From positions 1 to 32,855 of the IMG/VR virus record IMGVR_UViG_3300020543_000019: 32,855 nt of DNA; one strand, written 5' to 3'. A program made the position numbers and the translations under genes. Origin of the DNA: a virus (taxonomy: Duplodnaviria; Caudoviricetes). Below, one piece after another: positions 1 to 8,154 of this stretch. A model generated the notes under the pieces. It made no database searches and was not told the origin of the DNA. It was given only the letters and a program-made list of their open reading frames with translations. Within the stretch, counting starts at the first letter, position 1. Every line of letters begins with the position of its first letter.

Positions 1-101
1 CTAAAGTTACAGGTAGTGAGAATGTTCTGAAACATGATGATATAGTTAGACTTGGGAGGGAGTTTGAGGGGATTGGGGAGAGTAGGTTTTTGAATTGTTA
101 G
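1..101 (+). CDS. Possible 3' end of a convergent gene (partial, ...KVTGSENVLKHDDIVRLGREFEGIGESRFLNC*)
   Basis: Frame from nt 3 is open to TAG at 99-101; too short to verify. Confidence 0.3.
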   Translation, partial: KVTGSENVLKHDDIVRLGREFEGIGESRFLNC

Positions 102-104
102 GAA

Positions 105-151
105 TCCCCTTTCAGCTATATACTAACTTCTAATACATACCCGAAAGAGGA
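105..151 (-). other. Long irregular RNA hairpin (21 bp, 5 G-U pairs, one G.G mismatch); candidate 3'-end, terminator or processing structure
   Basis: Minus strand UCCUCUUUCGGGUAUGUAUUAG-AAG-UUAGUAUAUAGCUGAAAGGGGA pairs almost fully; starts 11 nt after the stop of the 85-aa gene; no U-tract follows. Confidence 0.65.
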
Positions 152-162
152 CTAAGTTGAAG

Positions 163-420
163 TTAAGCTACAGGAGTTTCCATAGCCGCATACATCTCAT
201 CATCTTCTGAGTCAGCACTAACTTTACCCAACTTCTTACCTAACTGCAGTGCCACATCCGCGTAGCAGTTAAGTAACTTTTCAAACTCGACCTTAGCAGC
301 TGAGATAGCAACTGCTTGCTCTTCAACTGTACTATAACTAGCTAGGCAAGCCTTCATACTAATGTCGAAAAGGTCATTAACCTCCTTCGCAGTAGCTTCA
401 ACTGTATGTTTAATTTTCAT
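163..420 (-). CDS. Hypothetical protein, 85 aa, helical with acidic tail (cassette gene 3)
   Basis: GAGGG RBS before ATG; overlaps the upstream gene by 11 nt. Confidence 0.8.
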   Translation of the reverse strand: MKIKHTVEATAKEVNDLFDISMKACLASYSTVEEQAVAISAAKVEFEKLLNCYADVALQLGKKLGKVSADSEDDEMYAAMETPVA

Positions 421-793
421 AGAACCCTCGAAAGTAGGTGAAGAAAGTCTTTACAGCTGACTTTCCTTCCTCCGTCTGGAAATAAGTTGCTAATTTCTTG
501 TCAACTTGTTGTAGAATATCTGGTTTAGAGAGCCATTTCTGCTCTTCAACTGTCAAACACTGCCCTATAGCTTCCAACATAGTTAATTCTCGCGCTGGAA
601 CTACAGGAGGTTCGGGTTTAACTAGAGTTGAGTCCTTCAATAAGCTCATTTCTTCACGAATAACATCCCTAATTAAACTTTTTATGTCACTAGGACTGTC
701 ATTTATAGCTGGAACTGGTTGTTTAGCGACTAAACCTCCCACTACTTGCAGTTCTGCTATCCGTTTTTGTAACTCATCTATTGAAGAACTCAT
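410..793 (-). CDS. Hypothetical protein, 127 aa (cassette gene 2): N-terminal coiled coil, Pro-rich linkers, helical C-domain
   Basis: GAGGT RBS 4 nt before ATG; SIDELQKRIAELQ heptads. Confidence 0.85.
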   Translation of the reverse strand: MSSSIDELQKRIAELQVVGGLVAKQPVPAINDSPSDIKSLIRDVIREEMSLLKDSTLVKPEPPVVPARELTMLEAIGQCLTVEEQKWLSKPDILQQVDKKLATYFQTEEGKSAVKTFFTYFRGFYEN

Positions 794-837
794 CTTTACC
801 TCGATTTAGAACCTAAACTAACCAGACCATACCGATT

Positions 838-1692
838 TCAGCCATTAACTCTAGTGTTATTAGCTGTTTGCGAACCAGCTGAACCCGACATTGTTCCAAG
901 ATTAACCACAGATTGCGTGTTTCTCTGTAACTCACTAACAACTCCATTCAGAGCATTAACTACATACCCTAACTGTTGTTGTTGCTGTTGTTGGAGCTGA
1001 TTCTGATTGATGTTGTTAGTAACATTAACTCCACTATCAGCTACATGACGTTGAGTTCTCAAGTCCGCAATCTGATTGTTCAAATCAGTAACCATATTAG
1101 CTGTAATCAACGCTCTAGTTTTATCACCATCATTAGTGATTTCTCTAGTTACGTTATTAAACCCGTTAAGCATAGATACAGTAATACCATCTAACTGATT
1201 ACCAATTTGCTGAGTAGATTCATGCAACTCGTTAACAATAGTTCCAGTAGAAGTTGCTACTGAAGCCTTAATCTCGCCTTGTCCTTGGAGGTTTGCAATC
1301 TGAGCTTGTAGTTGTTGTACTAAAGCAGTCTGCGCGGTAGCATTAACTGTAGAGTTAATAGCATTTTCTGAAGCATTGATAGTTGAGATAACTTCTTGAG
1401 AACTATCTTGAATGTCTTTCAAGAGTAGCATAGCATTGTTATTAGCTTGATTAGCATTAGCTAGAGCAGCTGCAACTGCGGCATCAATAGCAGCATTTTG
1501 GCTGCCATTACCATTTAGGTCATTACCATTAGGATTAAATAGTAATCTACCTAATAAAGCTCCCATTACAAAGCCGCCACTACCATCATTACCGCCACCG
1601 AAGATGTTACCCATATTACCACCTGTAATTGCTGATTGAAAGAGATTGTTCAAGTCAATACCTGAACTTGTACTTGTAGAATCGACTGCCAT
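838..1692 (-). CDS. Gly-zipper, Q/N-rich coiled-coil protein, 284 aa (cassette gene 1)
   Basis: AGGAG RBS favours ATG at 1692 over the track start at 1716. GGFVMGALLGRLLF hydrophobic segment, long N/Q/A helical region, NNINQNQLQQQQQQQ tract. Confidence 0.88.
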   Translation of the reverse strand: MAVDSTSTSSGIDLNNLFQSAITGGNMGNIFGGGNDGSGGFVMGALLGRLLFNPNGNDLNGNGSQNAAIDAAVAAALANANQANNNAMLLLKDIQDSSQEVISTINASENAINSTVNATAQTALVQQLQAQIANLQGQGEIKASVATSTGTIVNELHESTQQIGNQLDGITVSMLNGFNNVTREITNDGDKTRALITANMVTDLNNQIADLRTQRHVADSGVNVTNNINQNQLQQQQQQQLGYVVNALNGVVSELQRNTQSVVNLGTMSGSAGSQTANNTRVNG

Positions 1693-1713
1693 AGTCAATC
1701 TCCTAGTTCTTCC

Positions 1714-1755
1714 CACTGTAATGCAGTGTCATTTCTGAGTAATAGCTACTCAAAA
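1714..1755 (-). promoter_or_regulatory. Two-hairpin 5' leader of the Q/N-rich gene
   Basis: UUUUGAGUA-GCUAU-UACUCAGAA (1733-1755) and CACUG-CAUUA-CAGUG (1714-1728), just upstream of the RBS. Confidence 0.4.
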
Positions 1756-1823
1756 CCTTTATCAGCAAGTTAAGTTTATAACTAAACTAAGTTAATTATA
1801 AAATTACCTTACTATTTATAGTT

Positions 1824-1852
1824 AGTGTACTCTTGTTTTGTTACAATTTCAA
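1824..1852 (-). promoter_or_regulatory. Putative sigma70-type promoter for the three-gene cassette
   Basis: TTGAAA-17 bp-TACACT in the intergenic gap; flanked by an 11/12 inverted repeat (1800-1811 / 1861-1872). Confidence 0.5.
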
Positions 1853-1871
1853 GACATATTTAAGGGAATTT

Positions 1872-1909
1872 TGCGCCAAGAATCCGACATTAGCCAGAAA
1901 CTTGACGCA
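1872..1909 (-). other. RNA hairpin at the end of the tail operon (15 bp, 3 G-U pairs, 2x2 U-U internal loop)
   Basis: UGCGUCAAG-UU-UCUGGC-UAAU-GUCGGA-UU-CUUGGCGCA, 6 nt after the stop of the 161-aa gene; no U-tract. Confidence 0.65.
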
Positions 1910-1915
1910 TAAACC

Positions 1916-2401
1916 TTACAAACTAGCTAAATAAGCTTTAAATCCATCTACAATACCTTCTATAGTTGCTAAATCAGTAGCTGAATCTATAGATGAAGTA
2001 GCTATGTTACTTTCAGCTCGTATATTATCTATCCAAAGGTTCATTTCTATAGTAGCTGGAGCTGTTGGCTCTCTATTGTAGTTTATCTGACGGTAAGTTG
2101 GGTATGCAGATAATATCTTAGCTCCAGAAAGCCTATTAACCTCATCTTTGTAGTCAGTCTTTGCAGTGTCAAGAATAGTTGGAGGGTCTTCCCATTGTTT
2201 AGTAGTCCAGTTGAACTCACTATATTGGTTTGGTCTATCTGTAATAAATTTAATTTCTCCATTCTCTATAAATTGAGTACTATCGTCAGCTTCTCCTTCT
2301 ATAAAATACTCATCTATACCTACATTACTAGTTATCAGCTCTTCTGGCATATTCAGAACTCTAAGTATTTTCCCATCAATGTTATAAATGATAGCATTCA
2401 T
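1916..2401 (-). CDS. Putative tail fibre assembly/chaperone-like protein (DUF4376-like)
   Basis: ATGA overlap with J; RPNQYSEFNWTTKQWED motif followed by a helical C-terminus, typical of post-fibre genes. Confidence 0.6.
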   Translation of the reverse strand: MNAIIYNIDGKILRVLNMPEELITSNVGIDEYFIEGEADDSTQFIENGEIKFITDRPNQYSEFNWTTKQWEDPPTILDTAKTDYKDEVNRLSGAKILSAYPTYRQINYNREPTAPATIEMNLWIDNIRAESNIATSSIDSATDLATIEGIVDGFKAYLASL

Positions 2402-5400
2402 CGTTTACATCCTACTACAGTAATAAAGGCATTTGAATAAATTAGCGTACATCCGCTAGGTTTTTGGTGTTTCATGTTAAATACGCAAGTACTATTTGCA
2501 GGTATTTGTAAAGTTAAAGTTGCGCTACCTGGAGCTGGTTGGTAGCTCATCTGCCCTCCTCCGCCATTAACTTGAAACCCGCTGTAAGCCCAAGTAGCAT
2601 TATACGGTATAGTTGTAGTTCCTGCAATTACTTGCTGTAGGGATACTTGTAAAAAGTTATCATATCTAGTAGTAGGACCTATAAATCTGATAGAGAACCC
2701 AAAAGTTACATTGACAGATAACGCATTTGGTAAATTATTAACATAAGTTAGGGATTGTATAGCTGGACTCCAAGTAGTACCAGTGTATGCTGTAGTATTA
2801 GTCACAGAAGTTGTAGTAAAAGCAGTACTAGGCACAGTAACAGCATTACCTTGAATCTTCAAAGTACTAACATTAGCATCAATAATCTGAGCAGTTCCAA
2901 TAGCTGCGCTGCCAATTTGAGTTTGCCCAATAGCAGCACTAGATATAAATGTACTTATGTTTCCGTTAGTAATCTCAGGAACTACCTTCTGCCAAGTTCC
3001 AGCTATTTTAACCCACATTAACATAGCAGTGTAATCAAAATAACTATCACCATTAACAGCTGCGCTTGGTACGTTAAACCCACTCATAGGTTGACCAGAA
3101 CCAGTATAACTAGTACCTGCGCCTGCAGGACCAGTTGGACCCTGTGGTCCAGTTGCACCTGGTAAACCTTGACTGCCTTGAGGGCCTTGAGGACCTTGCG
3201 CCCCAGGATTACCAGTAGGACCAGCTTTAGCTCTTGATATATTAAGTACTTTACTTATAGTAGCTCCACTATATACTGCATTTAGAGTATAAAAGACAGT
3301 ATCAGCCGCTAAAGCACCTGTAACACTATAAGCACCAGACGAATTTATACTGCAAGTTAAGCCGCTAAGCGTAGCAATAGATACTGAAAAACTGCAAAGG
3401 GAAGTTACATCTGTAGTTCCGCTAAAAACTTTAAAGTTACCAGCTGCAGGAGCATAACTAGAAACTACCCCACTACTATCTGCAGGTAATGTAGTAGTCT
3501 CATTAGTTAAGTACCCATTTAGTGCATTTTGCCCTTGAGGTCCTGTACTGCCTTGACTTCCTGTAGGTCCTTGAGGACCAGAAGACCCTTGAGGACCTTG
3601 AGGACCTTGACTACCATTAACACCATCGTACAATTTAAGAACAGTTATTTCGTCAAAAGTACCGCCAGAAGCGCATCTAACTCTTAGAGAAGCAGCTGTA
3701 AATGCAGTATTATTATAGGCTAAAGTGTAAGTTTGGTTAGTATTAGTACCGCTAAGAGAAACCCAAGTAGCTCCAGACCAATATTCCCAAGAATAAGTAG
3801 TTAAGCCACCGAATAAAGCGGCAGTTAAAGTTATATTTGCGACTGTAGGAGTAGATTGTCCAGATAAAAACTTAAATGCTTGTTCACCAGTAACTATAAC
3901 ATAAGTAGCCGCAGTTCCATCTTTAGCTAATAGACTTACAGCCGCCCATTCAGCACTTGTAATTACGTCTGTAGTTCCAGTTCCTAATGCAGTAGCTGTG
4001 GTTAGCCAGCGATAAGCTCCTGTAGTTGGTAAACTTCTTTTCCAAGGGTCTGGTTGTAGTCCTGTAGAAGTTACTAAAGCTCCATTAGAAAAAGTATAAG
4101 TTAAATCTACATTTGGCGGTGTAGGAGCTGCAGAAGTACTTGTAGTCTGGTATAAATAGATAGTAGCTGTGTTTATACCATTAGTTCCTGGAGTTCCAGG
4201 AGTTCCATCAGTACCATTCTTAGCTAACACAACTGGAGTTGCCCATTCATTAGCTTGAATAGTATCAGTATTTCCACCTCCAGAAGCAGTAGCAGCTGAA
4301 ACATATAGAGGGTCAGTGCCAACAGGTAATATATAAGACCAATTATTATCTAATCCAGTAACAACTGCAGAACTAAAAGTATAAGTTACTGGTTGTGTTG
4401 GTAGTGCAGGAGGATTAGCTCCAGCTAGTCTTCTATAAATATAAACCGTAGCAGTAGTTAAACCTGCAGGACCAGTTCCACCCTTAATAGTATATAATGC
4501 CCAGTAAGAGTTAGAAGTTATAGGATAAACTGGAGTTGATGCACTACCGCCCGAAGTGTGCGGAGTTACACAAGACCACCCATAGCCAAGTGCGTCCATA
4601 ACTATATCACCAACTACATAGCTATACCCACTAGACCAGTTACCTAAGAATACATTTCTAGTAGCTCCTACTTGAGGAACTCCAGGACCTTTAGCATTAT
4701 TCCAGTTAAAGTTACCGCCTGCAAAGATTACATTTCCACTAGTATCATAAAGTCCTAAAGACCCATAAGTATTAATATTACCAGTTTTATCTATACTCCA
4801 CCCTTTATAAGTAGTTGGGTTATAGTTTAAACTCATAATAGAGTTGCCAATTTTGGCGTTAGTAATAATACCATCAGTTATCTGAGCTGTTCCAGTAATA
4901 ACTGCATTTGTAGTATCTAAAAGACTTGCAACAATAGAACCAGCTTTAATCTCGGAAGCACCTACAGTTCCAGCTATAATCTGAGAACCAGAGATGAAAG
5001 CATTGCCATCCCCACCTTTAATATTACTAGCTGAACCTCCAGTATAAGTTGCAATAGGATAGCAACCAACTCCTACGGCAATAAGTAAAGTAGTAGTTAC
5101 TTGTAGAGCAGTTAAAGATACAGCTGGGTTAAAATAAACATAGACAAAACCAGAAGTCCAAGTTGTAGTTCCTGCTGTAATTGTATAAGTATTTGAGCCA
5201 TTTCTAATGACAGTCCCAGCAGTCCAGTTAAGTTTATTAGCAACTACAGAGTCAACTGTAAATTGAAGTCCAGTTTTAGTCCAAGTAGTCGCATCCGCAC
5301 TTAAAGGAGTTGAATTCTGCTCTCCAGAAACATTAAGTCCAGTCTTACTAAAGCTGTCATAAGCTGCAACTGCATAATAGTAAGTACTACTTGAAGGTAC

Positions 5401-8154
5401 ATTCAAAGTAATATAAGTATCTGGTCCGTCATAGACTAAAGTACTAGAATCTTTAGTAAAGTTAGCTGTTAAACTTCTAAATACTTGATAACCAGCTATA
5501 TCTGCTTCTGGAGTTGTTGTAATGTGCACAAATACAGAAGAAACACCAGATAGAATGTCAAAACTTTGCACTCCAGGAACTATATTAGCAGGATTAACCT
5601 CTACATAGTTAGATAAATCCCCTATAATATCTCTACTATAGACTTTAACAACAAAGTTTCTTTGCGGAGTTCCAAAGATAGTAAAGTTTTCATAAAAACT
5701 AAATACAAACTCACCGCCTTTGTCTTTATTAGGAACTACTGTATAAGTTCCTTTAACAGTTCTAGTTGCTGTATCAAGAACTTGAACTACATAGTCTTTT
5801 AAAGCATCTTCTTTAGTATCATTTACAGTATTATACATCCAAGATAGGTGTAAATCTGGTTGAGTAAATGCAACTCCCACTGTATTAGGCACTACAACAC
5901 TAGTAGGAGGCACTAAAGAGGACATAGCAGCTGCAACTCTATAGTTGTAAGGGTTTATTGTAGTTGTAACTATAGATTTAATCCCAGAGAAAGGATTAAC
6001 TGCCCAAACATAGACCTCATAAACACCTGGAAGTGGGTACTCAATGTCAAAGTTAGTTGTAGATAAGTCTTTTAACTGTACAAAGTCCTGTGCATCTCGT
6101 CTATAGCTCACTTCAAAGATAGCTTTAAAGTCATTTGTAGTACTTCCAGAACTCCAATCCCAAGAAATGTCTAACTTAGAGAACTCAACACCACGATTTA
6201 CTACATGAACTTGGTCGATAACTAAATTAGTAACTGCAGGTATGCTGAAGTTATCAAAGTTTACATAACTACCAGAAGTAGACGGCTTAACTATAGTCCC
6301 TGTAGAGTCAATATAGTTGTATTTGTCTTCATCATGGGTAAGTCCAGTTATAGTATAGACGTGAGAATCGTCTTTCTCAATCTTTAAAACTTTAATAACT
6401 CTAGGAGTTAAAGCAGCAGTCTTAAATAGAATAGTACTTCCAGTATAAGGGGAGTCAGTACCTACAAAAGTTATAGTAGAAAAAGACCCATTACTTTGAT
6501 TGATAGTTTTAGAGCTAAATGTAGTTCCGTCAGTTCCTATAAACTCAACTGAGTAACTTGCATTAGCTAAAGTGATTGTACGGTCTAAGACTATTGTAAC
6601 TTGTCCACCAGAGACTGAAGAACTTTTAATAATACCATGTTTAGCATTAGAGCTAACATTATCACTATCCATTACAGAGACTAGCTCTCCAATTTGGTAA
6701 TGCGCCCCTTGAAACAGTTGTTTAAAAGTAACTAAATCCCCGCTATAGCAGTTATTATATAAAGTCCAACGAGCTTTTCTTAGAGCTTGGTATTCACTTT
6801 TACAGCCTAAAAGAATAACATCTGAAGTTTGCAAACCATATCTAGTAATTAAAGAGTCTTCATAGTGAGTTACAGTATCACTATCTCCAAAAAAGTCTTC
6901 TCTAGCATAAGTTACATTGACTAAGTTAGTTCTACCTTCTAAGTCGTTAGAAGTATAGTCAAACATACCATCAACTACTGTAGCATTAGACACTACTTTA
7001 GTAATAGCTTGCCCTGCACCATCCCAGACAATCTTAATCTGCCCAAACGCATTAGAAGAGAAGTTAGCATTACCTAAAGTCAAAAGTTTCATTAAGAAAG
7101 TAGGCACATTCTCTCTTTCAATACACTGAAGATGAACTGTATATCTAGGTTCAGTAGTATTACCTGCTGGAACCATCTCATCGCAATGTTTAGCATAGGT
7201 ATAGAAGGAACCTAAGTCTATATCAGCAGCTGAAACTCCTAAACCCCAATCCTCATTTCTAAGTACCCAGTAAGTTACCCAAGCTAAGTTATCAGTATAT
7301 TCTGTGTAGGATTTAAAAGAACCATTCCAAGGAGTATTTTCGTTATAGTTTCTACCAGAAACTGTATAGTTAGAAGGTAATAAGAACTTCATACCTTTAA
7401 CTTTAAACTTCAACTCTGGAATAGATGTTCCAAAAGTTTTAGCATCGTAAATAGTTACGCCTAAAAGAGCAGTTTTTGGGTAAGTTAAAGTTCTTTCTGT
7501 AATAGTTATGATGTTAGCTAGAAAAGTTTTACTCATTAACTTATCTTCAGCATCATCAAGAGAAGTTCTAACTATTTTAATTTCCCAAGAATCTGCAAAT
7601 AAAGTTCCAGCTGGCTTATCAACTCTAACATCCCAAGCATAAACATTTGTACATTTACCTTTTTTAGTAACGGCAGCTGCTAATTGCCAGTTTTCTGTAG
7701 TACCATTAGCTAATTTTCTACGCTTATAAATATCTAAAGAAACTTGATAACCTACTCTATCTCCTTGGTCAGTTACTTGCATAAGTCTATCTATAGATAA
7801 AGTAACTCGTGCAGCATCATACTGACCTAAAAGGGTATAAACCTTTTCTACGTTATATTTTAACTCAATAGGAAAAGTACCAGAACCTGCAATAGGAGCT
7901 TCAACTTCAGAAAAACCTTTTATAATTTCTTGGTCTAGTGTACCAGTTCTTGTTTCCCAAGTAACTACATCAGCTGCATAATTAGAAATACTAGCACTAT
8001 TAACTAGAACATCACTAACAGAATCAATTTCACCTTCTGAAAGTGCAAAAAGCAATCTCATGGTTTGTTTTGATTTTAAAGTGTCTTTAGCTTCTACGGG
8101 TGTATGTCCGCCACCACCTTTTTCGCCATAAATATCTAAGTCTAGGTTTTCCAT
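2398..8154 (-). CDS. Tail tip attachment / central fibre protein (lambda gpJ-like) with extended C-terminal fibre
   Basis: N-terminus GGGGHTPVEAKDTLKSKQ resembles lambda J; LSEGEI, YPKTAL and YTDNLAW motifs; FN3-like domains; collagen repeats. Start at 8154 overlaps the gpI stop. Confidence 0.93.
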   Translation of the reverse strand: MENLDLDIYGEKGGGGHTPVEAKDTLKSKQTMRLLFALSEGEIDSVSDVLVNSASISNYAADVVTWETRTGTLDQEIIKGFSEVEAPIAGSGTFPIELKYNVEKVYTLLGQYDAARVTLSIDRLMQVTDQGDRVGYQVSLDIYKRRKLANGTTENWQLAAAVTKKGKCTNVYAWDVRVDKPAGTLFADSWEIKIVRTSLDDAEDKLMSKTFLANIITITERTLTYPKTALLGVTIYDAKTFGTSIPELKFKVKGMKFLLPSNYTVSGRNYNENTPWNGSFKSYTEYTDNLAWVTYWVLRNEDWGLGVSAADIDLGSFYTYAKHCDEMVPAGNTTEPRYTVHLQCIERENVPTFLMKLLTLGNANFSSNAFGQIKIVWDGAGQAITKVVSNATVVDGMFDYTSNDLEGRTNLVNVTYAREDFFGDSDTVTHYEDSLITRYGLQTSDVILLGCKSEYQALRKARWTLYNNCYSGDLVTFKQLFQGAHYQIGELVSVMDSDNVSSNAKHGIIKSSSVSGGQVTIVLDRTITLANASYSVEFIGTDGTTFSSKTINQSNGSFSTITFVGTDSPYTGSTILFKTAALTPRVIKVLKIEKDDSHVYTITGLTHDEDKYNYIDSTGTIVKPSTSGSYVNFDNFSIPAVTNLVIDQVHVVNRGVEFSKLDISWDWSSGSTTNDFKAIFEVSYRRDAQDFVQLKDLSTTNFDIEYPLPGVYEVYVWAVNPFSGIKSIVTTTINPYNYRVAAAMSSLVPPTSVVVPNTVGVAFTQPDLHLSWMYNTVNDTKEDALKDYVVQVLDTATRTVKGTYTVVPNKDKGGEFVFSFYENFTIFGTPQRNFVVKVYSRDIIGDLSNYVEVNPANIVPGVQSFDILSGVSSVFVHITTTPEADIAGYQVFRSLTANFTKDSSTLVYDGPDTYITLNVPSSSTYYYAVAAYDSFSKTGLNVSGEQNSTPLSADATTWTKTGLQFTVDSVVANKLNWTAGTVIRNGSNTYTITAGTTTWTSGFVYVYFNPAVSLTALQVTTTLLIAVGVGCYPIATYTGGSASNIKGGDGNAFISGSQIIAGTVGASEIKAGSIVASLLDTTNAVITGTAQITDGIITNAKIGNSIMSLNYNPTTYKGWSIDKTGNINTYGSLGLYDTSGNVIFAGGNFNWNNAKGPGVPQVGATRNVFLGNWSSGYSYVVGDIVMDALGYGWSCVTPHTSGGSASTPVYPITSNSYWALYTIKGGTGPAGLTTATVYIYRRLAGANPPALPTQPVTYTFSSAVVTGLDNNWSYILPVGTDPLYVSAATASGGGNTDTIQANEWATPVVLAKNGTDGTPGTPGTNGINTATIYLYQTTSTSAAPTPPNVDLTYTFSNGALVTSTGLQPDPWKRSLPTTGAYRWLTTATALGTGTTDVITSAEWAAVSLLAKDGTAATYVIVTGEQAFKFLSGQSTPTVANITLTAALFGGLTTYSWEYWSGATWVSLSGTNTNQTYTLAYNNTAFTAASLRVRCASGGTFDEITVLKLYDGVNGSQGPQGPQGSSGPQGPTGSQGSTGPQGQNALNGYLTNETTTLPADSSGVVSSYAPAAGNFKVFSGTTDVTSLCSFSVSIATLSGLTCSINSSGAYSVTGALAADTVFYTLNAVYSGATISKVLNISRAKAGPTGNPGAQGPQGPQGSQGLPGATGPQGPTGPAGAGTSYTGSGQPMSGFNVPSAAVNGDSYFDYTAMLMWVKIAGTWQKVVPEITNGNISTFISSAAIGQTQIGSAAIGTAQIIDANVSTLKIQGNAVTVPSTAFTTTSVTNTTAYTGTTWSPAIQSLTYVNNLPNALSVNVTFGFSIRFIGPTTRYDNFLQVSLQQVIAGTTTIPYNATWAYSGFQVNGGGGQMSYQPAPGSATLTLQIPANSTCVFNMKHQKPSGCTLIYSNAFITVVGCKR
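3120..3615 (-). repeat. Two collagen-like (Gly-X-Y)n tracts within J
   Basis: GSQGPQGPQGSSGPQGPTGSQGSTGPQG (about 3530-3615) and GPTGNPGAQGPQGPQGSQGLPGATGPQGPTGPAG (about 3120-3224). Confidence 0.9.

Noticed and set aside
498-1194. Plus-strand ORFs 498-809 and 976-1194
   Set aside because: Antisense shadows of RBS-supported minus-strand genes; the poly-Leu start is just the reverse of the poly-Q codons.
1714-1770. Hammerhead-like words in the leader (CUGAUAA ... GAAA on the minus strand)
   Set aside because: The core needs CUGANGA; G8 is A here, stem II does not close between the two words, and stems I and III cannot be built.
1775-1784. TAGTTATAAA word shared between the cassette leader (minus strand) and 25191-25200 (plus strand)
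   Set aside because: A 10-mer that is 90% AT in AT-rich spacers, at different positions relative to the promoters; not distinguishable from chance.
3120-3615. Short periodic DNA repeats (CCTTGAGGA units) as a CRISPR-like or noncoding array
   Set aside because: 9-bp periodicity is fully explained by in-frame Gly-Pro-Gln collagen codons; no spacers.
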